Of a DNA stretch of 64,000 nt, positions 40,266 through 54,309 are shown piece after piece (position 1 is the first letter of the stretch; every line of letters begins with the position of its first letter). Origin of the DNA: the human T2T-CHM13v2.0 reference genome, Homo sapiens. The notes below the pieces were generated by a model. The model saw nothing but the letters and a program-made list of their open reading frames with translations. It searched no databases and was not told where the DNA came from. The DNA lies in NCBI RefSeq assembly GCF_009914755.1, contig NC_060934.1; one strand, given 5' to 3'. Both the position numbers and the translations under genes were made by a program.

Positions 40266-41104
40266 AAGTTCTCCGTCTTGTGTCTGGACTTTAGTTTCCC
40301 TGTCTGTGGCGTGAGGCTGGGTTCCCTGACCTGTGAGGTCCCCTGGCTCTAGGGGTCTAGGTGTCTGGCAGCCAGGATGACAGGGCAGCCTCAGGAGTGC
40401 TTCCCCCTGCCACCCCCACCCCGCCACCGTGGGTCAAGCAGCAGTACCTGGACAGCCAACAGAGGGTCACAGCGCCCCAGCCACTCACACTGGCCTTTAT
40501 GGGGAGGGGGCCTTGCACCCTATAGGACCTTCACAGAGAGCATCATGACCACTGGGGTGAGAATGGGCCTCTCTGAAAAACAAGCTGCACAGCTGAGCCC
40601 ACGCTCCCACCACTGTCAGTCAGACCTTGCCTCACAGAACTTTCTGGGGGTCCTCAGGCTGGGCCAGAGGAACCCAGGGGATAGGAATGCATGAGGCACT
40701 CTAGGGTTACAGGATTTGATTCAGCTCACTCTGCCATACCTGTGCTCTGTGGCCTTGAGCACGGTCCTGCCCTCTCTGGGCCTTGACTTCCTCATCAGTG
40801 AAAGGAGGCTATTGGAGCCAGTGACCCTTCTGAATGCTGGGGCACAGGGGACTTGGTGACAAGCAGAGACTCCCTGCTCCAGCACCCACCCGGTTGGCCC
40901 TTAGAGCCGCCATACAGCACCAAGCCCCTCTAGCTCAAGTTAGCTAGTATTTTTTCCTTTTTAACTAGAGCAACAGGATTAGCCAGTATTGGCCAAACAT
41001 GGGGACTTTTGCCTTCCTGCCCTGAACCCAGGGCCTGAGGGTCCTCAGTGCAGGTTGGAAGTTATGGCGTTAACCCTTTGTGGACTGAGAAAGAAGTCTT
41101 AGCA

Positions 41105-41290
41105 CAGAAAGAGCCCAGAGTTTTCAGCTAGACTGCCTGGATCACATCCTGTCTCTGTCACTGACCAGCTTTGAGGTGTTGTTCAACCTCTTTCCTCATC
41201 TGTAAATCAGAGATAATAATAATAATACCTATCTCGTGGAGCTGCTGAAAGAATTTGCACTTTGTTGCATACAAAGCACCTATGTACGTG
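41105..41290 (+). mobile_element. MIR SINE
   Basis: agactgcctggatcacatcctg...tttcctcatctgtaaatcagagataataataataatacctatctc. Confidence 0.75.
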
Positions 41291-42666
41291 GGAGCCAGCA
41301 TTTTCACTGCAGCACTTGTAAGCATCAGTGTTTCCCATTGACAGCAGCCTCACTACTGCACCAGTCGAAACAGGCCGCTCTGTGCTCACAGGCATCCACC
41401 TGAAGTTCTACAAAGAGGGAGGGCACCAGAGTCCACGTATGAGCTGCAGTGGTCCCTCCAGCCCAGAATCTTCCTCCTCACTCTCTGGAGGAGAGTCTGC
41501 CTGCAGACTTGAAATATTCAACAGGCCATAAAGAGTTAGGGACCTTGGTTTTTCTATGTGGACAGTGAGACTTATGGTGAGGATGTCCCAGAGACTGGGA
41601 CATGTAGAGGGGCAAACAGAGCCCGTGGGAAAGAGGCCTAAGGAGTGTGGAAGACTTCTGTGCCAGGGGCTTCTGTTTGCAGCAGAGACGTTGAGCAAGC
41701 ATCCTAACCTAACAACATCCTTTTTCCTCCCAACCTGGCTCAAACATTAGCCCTACACAGAGGGGCGCAGGGAGGGCCACAGTCCCATTCCAAGAGTCAC
41801 TGGTGATCCTGGGAAGGGGAACCCATTGGCTCCTCCCTGATTTAGCACGGGACATTTCTCTGAGTCTCCAGTGTTGTTTTAAATTGGCCTAGGTAAGTGG
41901 TGTTCCCAGCCCTTTTAGCCCCAGAGCCCCTTTCACAAATTCCTGAGATTTAAGGCAGGCGTGGGGAACGATTCTGTTGGATCTAGGGGCCAGGCCAAAC
42001 CCCATGGCAGTCTGAGGCCCCTCCAGGCGCCTCTGGAGCAGGTGGTTCCTGGGGGCTTGGCAGCAGAGTCCCCCCTTTTTCAGAAGTACCAGCCTACCAC
42101 ATCTGGGTGCTCTCCCTACTCAGCCATAGCCACTCCAGCTGCTTTCTAAATGACTCCATTTTCCAAGGTCCTTCTTAATAAAGAAAGCTAATTTTGCTGC
42201 TGTTCATGAGGAAGGCGGGTGTGAGGGAGCAGATCTGGGAGTCATGGGACACCTGGGAATGGGTGGGGACAGAGTGAAGCCAGAGCGGCAACAGCTTGCA
42301 AAGCCACCCAAGGGTCCCCTGGAGCGCCCCGTCCCACACTGCCCCCCAGGGGACCGATGGCCCTCCCAGTCTGCCGCCTCTCACCCTGCCAGTCCCTACT
42401 TCTGAGATTTTAAGGAGATGGGTGGGACCTTCAGGCTCCAAACACACCATTGCTGTTATGGAAGCCCCCCATTTGCTGGGGCTTAAGGCTAGAGACAGAC
42501 CCCAGGCTGAGCGTGGGAGTCCTGCGGTTTCTAGCTGAGGTTGAGGGGGCTGCAGGGTGCTTGGCACGGAGCAGCATTACAATGCCTGCCCCATCCCGGA
42601 AGCCTTAGTCGATTAAGCAGCTCTGACCTGAAGCCCTGTGGGAAGCAGCTTGTTCTAAATCACCGC

Positions 42667-42962
42667 TTTTTTTTTTTTTTTGAGAAGGAGTCTTGCTGTT
42701 CTGCCCAGGCTGGAGTGCAGTGGTGCGATCTAGGCCCACTGCAACTTCCCCATCCCAGGTCCAAGCGATTCTTCTGCCTCAGCCTCCAGAATTGCTGGGA
42801 TTACAGGCGCCTGCCACACACTCGGCTAATTTTTGTATTTTTAGGAGAGACGGGGTTTCACCATGTTGCCCAGGCTGGTCTCGAACTCTTGACCTCAAGT
42901 GATCCACCTGCCTCAGCCTCCCAAAGTGCTGGGATTATAGGTGTGAGCCACCACACCTGGCC
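42667..42962 (-). mobile_element. AluS (Sx/Sz-like), full length, antisense
   Basis: 14-bp TSD taaatcaccgcttt / taaatcactgcttt (one CpG transition). Confidence 0.95.
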
Positions 42963-43439
42963 TAAATCACTGCTTTAGATGAGATGCATGCTGACTCGGA
43001 GGGGCAGGGCTGGGCCTAAGAGTCTGCATTTGTAACAGGCCCCCCTGTGGTGCTGATAGCCCTGGAGTAGGAAGGGCAGTGAGCCCTCCCCAGTAGTGGG
43101 TGCAGGAGCTCAGTGAGGGGTGGGGGAGTTCCTGAGGGCCCAGGGCATGGAAGGGAGATGGAAGAGCCACACAGATGGAGCAGAGACCCTTAGGGCCCAC
43201 CCTAAGGATGGTGGTACAGGATCCCCAGCCGACTTCTAAAATGTGGTCGAATCTGAGCCCTTGGAAGCGGCGGGGCCTATGGCTTTGGTGTTGGACCCAT
43301 CGTCAGCCTGGGAAACCCCTAAGGACGGGGCCAGGATCCCAGGGCCTGGCACGGAAGAGGTGTTCATCAGTATTTGCTGAGCAACTGAAGAAGGCACAGT
43401 GGACTTCTGGCTCTGCCTAATGATGGGGCACTGCCTTAG

Positions 43440-43763
<324 letters not shown>

Positions 43764-43949
43764 TGAGGAAGAGCAACTCATCCACCAGGCTCTGGGACCC
43801 ACAGTTGGGGCTGTCCTCGTGCCTCTCCCAGGGAGTATACTTGCCTCAGGGGTACTGCAGGGCCAGAGAGGCTCCCGAGGCACACCAAACCCAGCAGTAG
43901 GCACTGTGCTACAGGCAGGACCAGCATCAGCTCACTCCATCACCACGGT

Positions 43950-44120
43950 GACCCCTTGGCATAAGCACTGTGAGCTCCCCATTTTACACATGAGGAAACT
44001 GAGGCTCACAAACACAGAGGAGATTTCCCAAGGCCACACAGCTGGAAGGCAGCAGAGCAGGGATTTAAGCCTAGGCCTGTACTTCAGAGTCAGCATTCTT
44101 AACCTTTATACTCCACTACG
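43950..44120 (-). mobile_element. MIR SINE
   Basis: cccattttacacatgaggaaactgaggctc...cccaaggccacacagctggaag. Confidence 0.8.
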
Positions 44121-44505
44121 TTCATTCATTCCCCAAAAATTGTTTAAAATGAAACACAAAAGTCGAAACAAAATGAATCAGTACACTCAGGGTTCCGTAT
44201 TGCAACTTTGTCATCACCTGCGGTCTCCTGACCTTGCAGTAAGCAGGGGCCATGGAGAGTGCCAAGCAGCATTCTGTCTGGGAGGGCTTTGAGCACTTTA
44301 AAGATACAGTTTTATTTTACATTTCCCACCATCCTCATAACCTGGCTTAGGCCACAGGCACCCTGCTAGCTTTAAGCCGGACAGACCTGTCACTTGCTAA
44401 GTGTGTGGTCTCTGAGCCTCAGCTGATCTTTCTGGGAAGGCAGGAATGGTAAGGAGACTCCTGACTTCAGGGGTCATTGTAAGTGCTAGAAATACATAAA
44501 GTGCA

Positions 44506-44821
<316 letters not shown>

Positions 44822-45425
44822 CTAGCACCGTGTCTGGATATTGTTAACATTCCTTATGGAGTCAGGACAAGCAGTTGAAAAAGAAAAAAAGAAACAGTTA
44901 TTTCCCTTGTATAACAATAAAATGGACGTTTTCACTGAATTCATCAGTCAGTTCTTTGGAGTGTATATAGACACAGCCTTCATGAAAACGTTGTAAGGAC
45001 ATCTCATGATGTGTTTCCATAAATCTGCTCAATTTATAATCTCTTGCGTGTGAGTTTGCGCCTCTTTCCATGTATGTTTCCAGTCTGCACACATGGATGG
45101 CGCTGCACACATAGATGTGTGGTGGCCTCATTAGCCAGTAGCTACTCTGAGACCCTGGACATGCCCGCCTGCATTGGGATATTGCTATCGTATTGAACTG
45201 CTTGCTAGAAAATGGTCTTGGAATCTCACAAGGGACATCTATTCCTGATGGAGTGTGCAGTTTTAATAATGACTTAAGTCAATACAATGTTGACAGGGTA
45301 GAAATGACTTATCAAAGACACATACCTCTTAAGTGCCCGTTCTGTGCAGGCACCCAGCAAGGGCTGAATTTGCAAGGGCAACTAAACAGAAAGGGTCCTG
45401 CCTTAAGAAACTTATAGTCCAGAGC

Positions 45426-45907
<482 letters not shown>

Positions 45908-45909
45908 GT

Positions 45910-46530
45910 CTAGAGGGAGAGGAAAACATTGATCAAATAATTAGAGGGGTGTGTGTGTGTGTGTGTGTGTCTGTCTGTCTGTCTGTGTAAGCTCAAGCTG
46001 TGATAAGTGCCTTGAAGGAAAAGTAAAAGTGAAGGATGGCAAGGGGGTGTTGTTGAGGGCAGACCACTCTGGGGTTGCAGCAGTCTCCCCTGAGACCTGA
46101 AGGTTGAGTAAGTGAAGAAAAAGAGAAAGAGCGTCTTTGCAGTTAAGGGGACAGCCTGTGCAAAGGTGTTGAGGTAGAAGGGGAGCATGCACGGCTTTTT
46201 GTCAGAACTAAGAGAAAGGCAGTGATTCTGGAGCCCAGAGGCAGGGGGTACATGGCAAAGGCGAGGCTGGAGAGGTCAGCAGCAGCGGAAACATTCAGGG
46301 CCTGTCTTGGAGGTCACAGTCTTTGTCCTGAGAGTAATGGGAACATGGCTAAATGCTCATTTTGTGATGACAGCTCGGGCTATAAAAGAACAGATTGCAC
46401 GGGGGGTGGGGGGACGTGGAGGCCTGCCTGGATGTAGGTGGCCAGTTGACAGATCACTGGGAGGTCGGGGTGAGGATGATGGTGGCTGGATCAGGAAGAC
46501 AAGAGTGGAATGGAGACAGAGGGATATTTA
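45910..46530 (-). mobile_element. L2 LINE fragment containing a (TG)/(TCTG) microsatellite at ~45949-45988
   Basis: ctgagacctgaagg, gggacagcctgtgcaaagg and ctttgtcctgagagtaatggg L2 motifs. Confidence 0.6.
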
Positions 46531-48109
46531 AGAGGCAAAACTATGCCACAGAGGGAGAAGGAGACCTGGAGAATGGGCTGTCCCAGGAGCCCAGTGCCTC
46601 CCCAGAGGAGCAGGAGAGACTCAGGTCTCTGTGCAGTCCCTCCACAAAGGGTCACTGAAACCCCTGCCCTGCTGGCACGTGCTGGGTGTTCTCATATGTT
46701 TTGTGGTGGTGCCAAGCTTTGTGAGACACAGAATACTATCTACATTTATGGATGAAAAAATGGAAGCTCAGAGAGGTCCTATGACTTCCCTGAGGTCACC
46801 CAACTCATAAGTAATAGGCTGGAACCTGAACTAGCCTCCTGGCTGCAGGCCCAGGGCTCTGCCTGCCCCATCACACCAGGCCTGGGCAGCCCTCCATTTC
46901 CTTTGGAAAGAGCCCTTCATGCTGCTCAGGGGTCTCCAGCAAGGCCTCTGAGTGGCATTCCCAGCATCACTTCTTCGCTTGAAACAGGGATTTGTTCTTT
47001 CCTCCATCTGCACCCCTGCTTGAACACAGCCTTTGTAATTTAGAAAGCCCTTTCCCATGCATTGTGTCTGTGAACTCACGTGACACTCTGACACTATGCA
47101 GGCTCCCAGGGATGAATTCTCAGTGTACCCATTCTGCAGCTGAGAACACTGAGGCACAGCAGTGCCTGTGGCTTGGCCATCCTCAGATTTCCTTATTAGG
47201 AGTCAAACCCTTGTCAGTGCCCACAGCCATGACTAACTACCTTTCAGGGCCACCCATCCAGATATATGGGCTCTCGGGATCCCAGCCACCCCCTGCTTGC
47301 CCCATCTTCTGGAAAGGAAAGGGGGCCAGTCTGAGGAGGAAGCCTCTACCTGGCGGTTTTATTTGAGGGGTGAAGGACCTGCCAGGAGCAGGCTGGGCCA
47401 TAAGAGGGGTGGAGGCCATGGGGAGCAGAGCTGGGACCCCAAGTCCCAGACATGGCACCGGCGCCAGGCCTCCTCTTGGCCACCTCTCCAGGCTGTGGCC
47501 TCGTCTGTGAAGAGAGCTGATTTGCCCACCTCATGGGCTGCCTGTGAGGATGCAGTGGGACCCCCTAATCATGGGAGTGAGAAAGGGGCCCAGCTAATAC
47601 CTGACGCACACTGGGGGCCAAGTAAATATGACCCTCCAGCCTTCCTCCTCTGCTTCCATGTGTCTGTCTCTTAGCTGATGTGGTTCCCAGCCTCTCTAAG
47701 GCCCCTTCTGTGGCAGCAAGCCTGTTTCCCACTGTCCTCTCTCCCCTCGGCTCTGTGGGTGTGGGTGACCTGCAGTGTCCCTACCCCTGGGCACAGCCCC
47801 GGTGTGCCTGTGTGGGGATGGCCACTCCCACCTGCCCAGCCCACTTCCAGGGAGGCCTCTGCAGTTCCAGAGCTCGCTCCAGCCCCCAAGCCCCTTCAGC
47901 CAGTCTGGGCCACCTGTCCGCCCTCCTGCCTTTCCACACTTGTCTGACGTGCCTGTGCAGTTCTGCCCTCCCAGGGCTCCCTGCTCCTTTCTTTCTTTGG
48001 TCTTGGGTGTCTGTAGGTCTGTCTCTGTGCAGCGGCCCCTGTCCATCTCTAGCTTCCCGTGGCTTTCTCTGCCTTCCTGGGTTTCTCTGGGTCTCAGACT
48101 TTCTCCCAC

Positions 48110-48460
48110 TGTACGTCTGTGTGTATGGTGTGTGTGAGGCTGTGTATGTTTGTGTTGGGGAGAGTATGTGGCTTTGTATGTGGGTGTGTGCCTGTGTACA
48201 TGTGCATGTCTCTGTGTATGTCTGCATGGCTGTGCACATGTGTGTATCTGAGCATGCTGTGTGTGGCTGTGTACATGTACATGGCTGTGTCCATGGTGTG
48301 TGTATGTCTATGACGTATATGTACCTGTGTGCGTGTCTGTGTGTGCATGGTTGTGTACATGTGTGTATCTGCATGGTGTTTGTGCATGGCTGTGTATATG
48401 TACATGCCTATCTGTGTCTGCATGCATGTTATCTGTGTGTGGGTGCATGCCTGTGTGTGT
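48110..48460 (+). repeat. Degenerate (TG)n/(TGCA)n simple repeat, ~350 bp
   Basis: UG-rich array containing 8 TGCATG hexamers. Confidence 0.93.
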
Positions 48461-48607
48461 CGCCCTGGCGCTGCATCCCCCTTCTGTCTCCCTTGTCAGG
48501 AGGCCAGGCCAGCCAAGGAGGGCCAGGATGAGATCATGCAGTGAGTGAGCTTGGAGCGGGGCTTTGTCAGGAGAGCTGGCGGTGAGCCGGCCGTGGTGCA
48601 GGAGCAC

Positions 48608-48657
48608 GTGTGTGCATGTGCGTGCATGCATGCGTGTGTGTGTGTGCGTGTGTGTGT
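48608..48657 (+). repeat. (TG)n/(TGCA)n simple repeat
   Basis: gtgtgtgcatgtgcgtgcatgcatgcgtgtgtgtgtgtgcgtgtgtgtgt, with 3 TGCATG. Confidence 0.93.
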
Positions 48658-51384
48658 CCTGGGAGAGTGCGCAGGAGGCGAGCACAGGCAGTCACTGCAG
48701 CAGCCGCCAGGCAGGCGGCTCCACGCGGCCCTGGACGCCCAGCCCCCAGCTCTTTGTTCTGGCGCAGCCTTTAGCCTCAGAGCGCACGTGCGCGGGCGGG
48801 ATCCTCCTCCTCACCAGGCCCCCTCCCTCCTCAGTACAGAAGGTCACCTGCCTGGCCCGGCATCCTGATGCTCCCTTGATTCTCCCCAGGCCGGGCCTTA
48901 GCATTGCCCCACCCCCACCTTCCATGCCAGCCCGAGGGGACTTGGCGGGCAGCACTGAAATGTCAGCCTCCTCATCACCTAGCAGTCCCACGCCTGCTGG
49001 CAACGTGGGCACCAAGCACCAGGCAGTCGCCATGTCGAGGTCCCCAAGAGCCTTCTGCCTGTCTCAGCTCCTGTCCATGCTTGAAGAAAGCCATATGGCC
49101 TCAGCTGACCCGTGAGCAGCCAGTCACTGTTGAAATAATCGAATAGGGAATGCTGGAGCCCAGGGCCCAGAGAGGGGAGGACCCACCCCAAGTCCTAGCG
49201 AGGCAGGGCCAGAGTCCAGAAGAGAGCCCGAATGCCTGCTGCCTTCTCGCGCCCTTCCTGTCTTCCTGAGGCTGGCCTCACAGCTGTGGGCTCCCACCCT
49301 CATGCTATTGGCAAAGTCAAAACGCAGAGAGAGCAGCAGGTCCAGGAGGCCTTGGAGCTTCCGCAGGATGTCCTGAGACAGGTCGTCAGAACTCAGGAGA
49401 GTGGTGAGAACTGGAAGAACTGCCACCACTGAGGAAGAGGCCAGCTTTCCTTAGGGATGAGTGGCTGGTGGCTGTCAATCAGAAAACACAGACTGGCTGC
49501 TCATAGGCCAGATGTGGCCCACAGACACCTGAGATTGGACCACTCAATGTTTTTTTTTTATGCATACAAGTTGCCAGCATTCACTGTTTAGGAAATTTGT
49601 ACAACAGAGTCAAATGCCTGGCTTCCTTTGAGTGGGAATCTTGGACCCGCGTCCTCACAGCTGACTGGGACTGACTGGGTGGTGGTGGCTAACCTCTGGG
49701 ACAGGCGCTGTGCCCTCCCCATCCTTCTCTATTGTCTCACACCCATGGCCTTCCCCACCGTTGGAAACCAGCCCTGTGGACATGAGTGTTTCTGACCTCT
49801 GTTCAAGGACACCCTCCCATCTCAACGCAGCAGCCCGAGTCCTGGGTCCCATGCAGAGTGGATCGCTTACTTTTTGTCCACAAACATCTCCTCAGCCTGG
49901 TTTCCCTGATGTTTTGACAGTCCCCAGAGGAACTGACAGCCATGGGAAATGTCAGCAGATCACAAGAGGGGGGCTGAGACATGCCCTGGGCCCCTGGCCA
50001 GCCTGGGAGGTAAAGATTCAGGAATGCAAAGGGGTCCCTGTCTCACCCTCCCTGTCTGTGGCCTGTGGTCCATGGAGAGAGTGCTTGGGAGAGGCTGGGT
50101 ACTTCACTGGAGCTCTCGATCCCAGGGAGCTTCTATAACAACTTGTGCAGCAGCCCCAGGGCTCAGAGAAAGACCCTGACCCCAAGGGCCCTGGAGAGTG
50201 CTCCAGCCTTCAGATTGTTGGGAGAGGCACAGGTGTCAGAGGCCAGCCAAGTCATTTCTACCTCTTCTGCTCAGGACACCTTAAGCCAGGTCATAAACCA
50301 CTGTTTCAACTTCTGTCTTTGAAAGCAAGCCCTCTTGCTCTCACCTGGCTGAATGGTGGACTCTCAGACCCCGTGGTGGTGGGGACATTCCTGGTCTCTT
50401 TTGGTGGCTTGACTCCGATCTCCCCCTCACGCCTCCCTTGTGGCTGCTCTCCACCCCTCTCTGCCTCTGCCCACCCCAGAACATGCAGCCGCCTTCCCGT
50501 TACTGGGAGGACAAATGGCCTTATTCAGGGACACCCTGCCAGAGCTGTCTCTCTAAGACAAAGCTGTGCGCAGCTCTGCGTGAAAAACAGCTCGCGGCCG
50601 CCCAGTGAGCAGGCAGGATTGGTGGGTGCAAATTGCAGGGGATTTGTTACCAGCTGCCGGTGCCCCAGAGACAGCAGGCAGGCAGGCCCTTGCCCTTGAA
50701 ATGCCAGCCGCCTGGCAGGCTGGGGCACCTTTTCAAGGTCGGGACAGACTTCTTCCTGGACACCGGCCCCCACCCCCACATACAAGCTCAGCAAAGCTGG
50801 GATGTTGGGGAGGGGTTTGGCTTCCTTCCTCCTGCTGGGCTGTCTCCACCGCCCCGGTCAGGTGCCCCTACAAGGGGCTCTGGATTTCATCACCCGGCCC
50901 TCTCAGAACTGACTCATGGTCAGATCTGTTTAGTGGACGAAACCTGTTCACGCGCTCACCTCCCTCTGTTTCAGTGCCGTGGGAAAGGCAACTGGCGCTC
51001 TTATCAGCATGCCCATTAATAGAGGAGGAAACGGGAAGACACAGACCCAGGTCACATGGCTTCTGGTGCTGGAAGCAGGTCTGATTTCTAGGATGGTCAG
51101 ATGTGGAGTACAGGGAACCACCTCCCTCTGAATTACCCTGGGTGAACTGGTGGGTGGCCTGGCCTGGGCCAGGGGCCCTGGCCTCCGTCCCCTCCCCCAC
51201 CTCCCTGAGGGATGAGGCCTGAGATCCGGTGGCCTCACTGTGCTCTTGGAGAAAAGGGATGGTTTATGGACACAGTGTTCCCAGGCCAAGGAATTGGGGG
51301 GAGGGGCAGCTGTGATGGTCCCTGGGGTTCCAGGAATGAGCAGTGGGGAGGGGCCCTGCCATGCCCAGAATGAGAAAGGGCAGA

Positions 51385-51675
51385 TGTGGAAACAACTTCC
51401 AGGCTATTTCTACGGCCATTAAAACGAGGTCTCCAAAGAATGATGACTATGTGGGAATGCTTACATGTAATATTAACTTTCCAGAAGGATAACAGAGTGC
51501 TAGACTTAGTATGATCCCAGCCAGGTGCAAAAACAAAACGTACATGTATTTAGGCACAGACACCAGAAGAGAATATACCAAAATGTCAACTTACAAGTAA
51601 TGGCTCTATCTGGAGGGGGCCGGAGGGTGACTCTTTTCTTTGTTTCCCACATTTTCTTCTTTCTGTTTTTAAGCA
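51385..51675 (+). mobile_element. Old L1M 3' fragment
   Basis: ctacggccattaaaa...tgggaatgcttacatgtaatatt...agtatgatccca...gaagagaatataccaaaatgt. Confidence 0.6.
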
Positions 51676-52131
51676 GAAGCAGCAGCAGTCATGGGTTTCT
51701 TCAGAGTTTGGTTGGAGTTGGCAGGGGCAGGGTGAGAAGGAGAGCCGGCAGCTCCTGGCTGGGTCAGCAGTTTTCCTAGCGCAGCCCTCTCTGGTTCCCC
51801 GAGAGCTCCAGGGGACAGACCTCTCATCTGGGGGATTAGCTCATCACTGGCCCCCCTGCCTACAGAGCGGGGGTGTACACAAGGACACCCTGGGCCGAGC
51901 CAGTGGGTACCTGCTTTCCAGGCCTGTCCAAAATGAGAGGGGAGCCTGGAGGATGGGACCCTAAGAAGGGCCTGCTTCTGTCACCAGGGCCCTCAGCAGC
52001 CCACCCCCTATGCCGCCCCACGGCCACCTGATTGGGATAGGGGATCTGCACAGTGAGTAGGAGTAGGCATTAACGAGGTCTGTAGTAGGGGAAGGCCAGG
52101 CTGCTGCAGGCATTGCAACTAGATGATGTGT

Positions 52132-52542
52132 GTCTGAGTGTGGGTTCCCACAGGCAGAGCCTGCGGTGAGGATTCCAGTGCAAGTTGTTCCTTCAGGAGG
52201 ATCCCAGAAAGCACTGATCGAGAAGTGGAGGAAATGAGATGGGGAAGGGAAGGAAATCAGTGAAAAGAGTGGTTAGGAAGCACGTAACCTGCTGTGGACA
52301 CCTGGGGCTCAGTCCTGCTGGGAGTGCTGGCAGCTAGAATGTGCCCCTTACCCACCTGAGAGGCGAGGAGGAGGAGGCATTTCTCCACCATCTCTCCACC
52401 ATTATTGGGCAAGGTCAGCTTGAGGTCGGGGAGCAGGTGGATGAACCCTTGGCACTCGAGTTAGCAGAAAACGCCCAGGCAGAGTCCCAGTGCATGCAGT
52501 AAGCAGAGGCTGTGTAGAAGAAGCACCCACAGTGCCTGCAAC
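52132..52542 (-). mobile_element. ERVL-class solo LTR (LTR16/LTR33-like)
   Basis: tgtctgagtgtgggttccc...gcagagcctg...aggattccagtgcaagt...gatcccagaaagcac resembles the reverse complement of the LTR33/16 3' end. Confidence 0.6.
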
Positions 52543-52811
52543 AAGATGCTTTCCAGACTCAGTCACTGGCATCACACCCCCATCATCTCTGCTTTATTTC
52601 AGTACCGCTTGTATTAAGATTGAGTTCTTAATATTTCTTAAAGGAAATTTTATATTGCTTCCTTAAATGGCAGATCAGTCTCCCTTACCACATTCAGAAA
52701 CTGCCAAAACAAAGACAGTAGAAACCATACCTTGTCTCCTAGTTTAGCTACAGGTGACTGCTCAATGATGGAGGGTGAGCCAGTTCTCTGCTAGTTAAAA
52801 AGGGAGGTGAT

Positions 52812-52952
52812 GGCCGGGTGCAGTGGCTCACCCCTGTAATCCTAGCATTTTGGGAGGCTGAGGTGGGAGGATCACTTGAGCCCAGGAGTTTGAGACCAGC
52901 CTGGACATCATAGTGAGACATCTCTACAAAAAAATTTTTTTAATTAAAAAAA
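52812..52952 (+). mobile_element. FLAM-C/AluJ monomer
   Basis: Single left arm with A-rich tail and approximate TSD ttaaaaa(g)gggaggt. Confidence 0.88.
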
Positions 52953-54309
52953 AGGGGAGGTAAAGGGTGAAGGGGTTTAGAAAAGGCTTAAAGACCAGTG
53001 AGCACCAAACTACTGAGCCTCTCTTCTTAGAAACAACAGCATCCCAATGATGGAAAGACAGCTGAGGTTGCAGTGGTTCTCCCACTGGGACCTGTGACTA
53101 CCTAAGCAACCTGGGGGGCCATATCACCTAGACCACACTTGAGGGTGCCCTAGTTAAGAAGTGCAGCTCTGAAGGAGGCTCTGGGGCCTGGGGTAGGCTG
53201 TGCCCTGCCCAGCAGCCGTCTCATCCTCAGTCTGTCCATCTACACCATTTATCTGCCTTCACGGCTGCAGGAAGAATGATGAGGCCGTGGGTGTGAGAGT
53301 GCCTCTTAAAATAAAAAATACTAAACTGGAATTTTAAGGGCGAGGGATGACAAGCTTCTTGTGCCAGGCCCACCTCATGCTAAGCACAGGGCCTACAAAC
53401 ACATACACATGCAATACACGCAGTCCCTTCTCTCCTGGTTTGAAATAAGTGAATGCTCCCATTCTGTGGGTGGGAGATGGCAGTAACCGTGCAGGGCCAC
53501 ACAGCCCTTCACCCTCCCTTACATGTCCAACCCTATGACTCCTCCAGATGAGCTTGTTCCCATTTTAAGGGGAAAATAGAGGCTCTGAGGGGTGGGGAGG
53601 TGGTCTCGGCAAGGGCAGAAGTGGGACCAGAGCTCTGGCCAGGCCATCCCTGCATCTCTGCAGGTCACCAGGGACTCAGTGGTGCTCCCGAGGAGCTGGA
53701 ACAGCTTCTCTGGAGATGCAGGGCCACAGGTATCACCATGCCTGCCTTCCCGAGCCTTCCTGCATCTGCCTCTAGCCACCCTATCCACAGGTGCACCCAG
53801 GACAGAGGTCCTGCCAAAACAACCCCCACCAGCACTGCCCCAGGTTGCCCTGAGGATGCCATGGCTGCCCAAGGAGTTAAAAAAGCCATTGGCAGCAATT
53901 AATTCTGTAGAGGAAAGAGCCAGGTAAGAGGATTAAGGAAGCCAGAGCTTTGGTTTTAAGATGGAGCTTAGCATTCTCGCCCCCAGAGGAGGGATTTCAG
54001 GGGATTCGAGGGTGTGAGAGTGAAATGGAGCAGGGCCTCGGTAGAAGGTGGGCAGGCTGGTTGTGGAACTTTTTTTAACCAAGTGTTGCAAGCCACAGCC
54101 TTGTAAATACCTTGTAAATACCAAAGTATGTACCTTCTGGGTTAGACAGACAGATAGGCATTAATGATGGTACGGTTATCATCAGTTTTGCCTCTTTAGA
54201 CATACAGAGCCAGGACAGGTCAGGGAAGGGCATCTGGATTAGGAAAAGATCTGATTCCTAGCCCCTTTCAGTCATGATGCAACCAACATTAAGTTCTGCA
54301 TTTTCTCTG

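Noticed and set aside
47680-48531. 283-aa Cys/Val-rich ORF
   Set aside because: Artefact of the stop-poor (TG)n repeat. Only its last 10 codons matter, as the candidate poison-exon frame.
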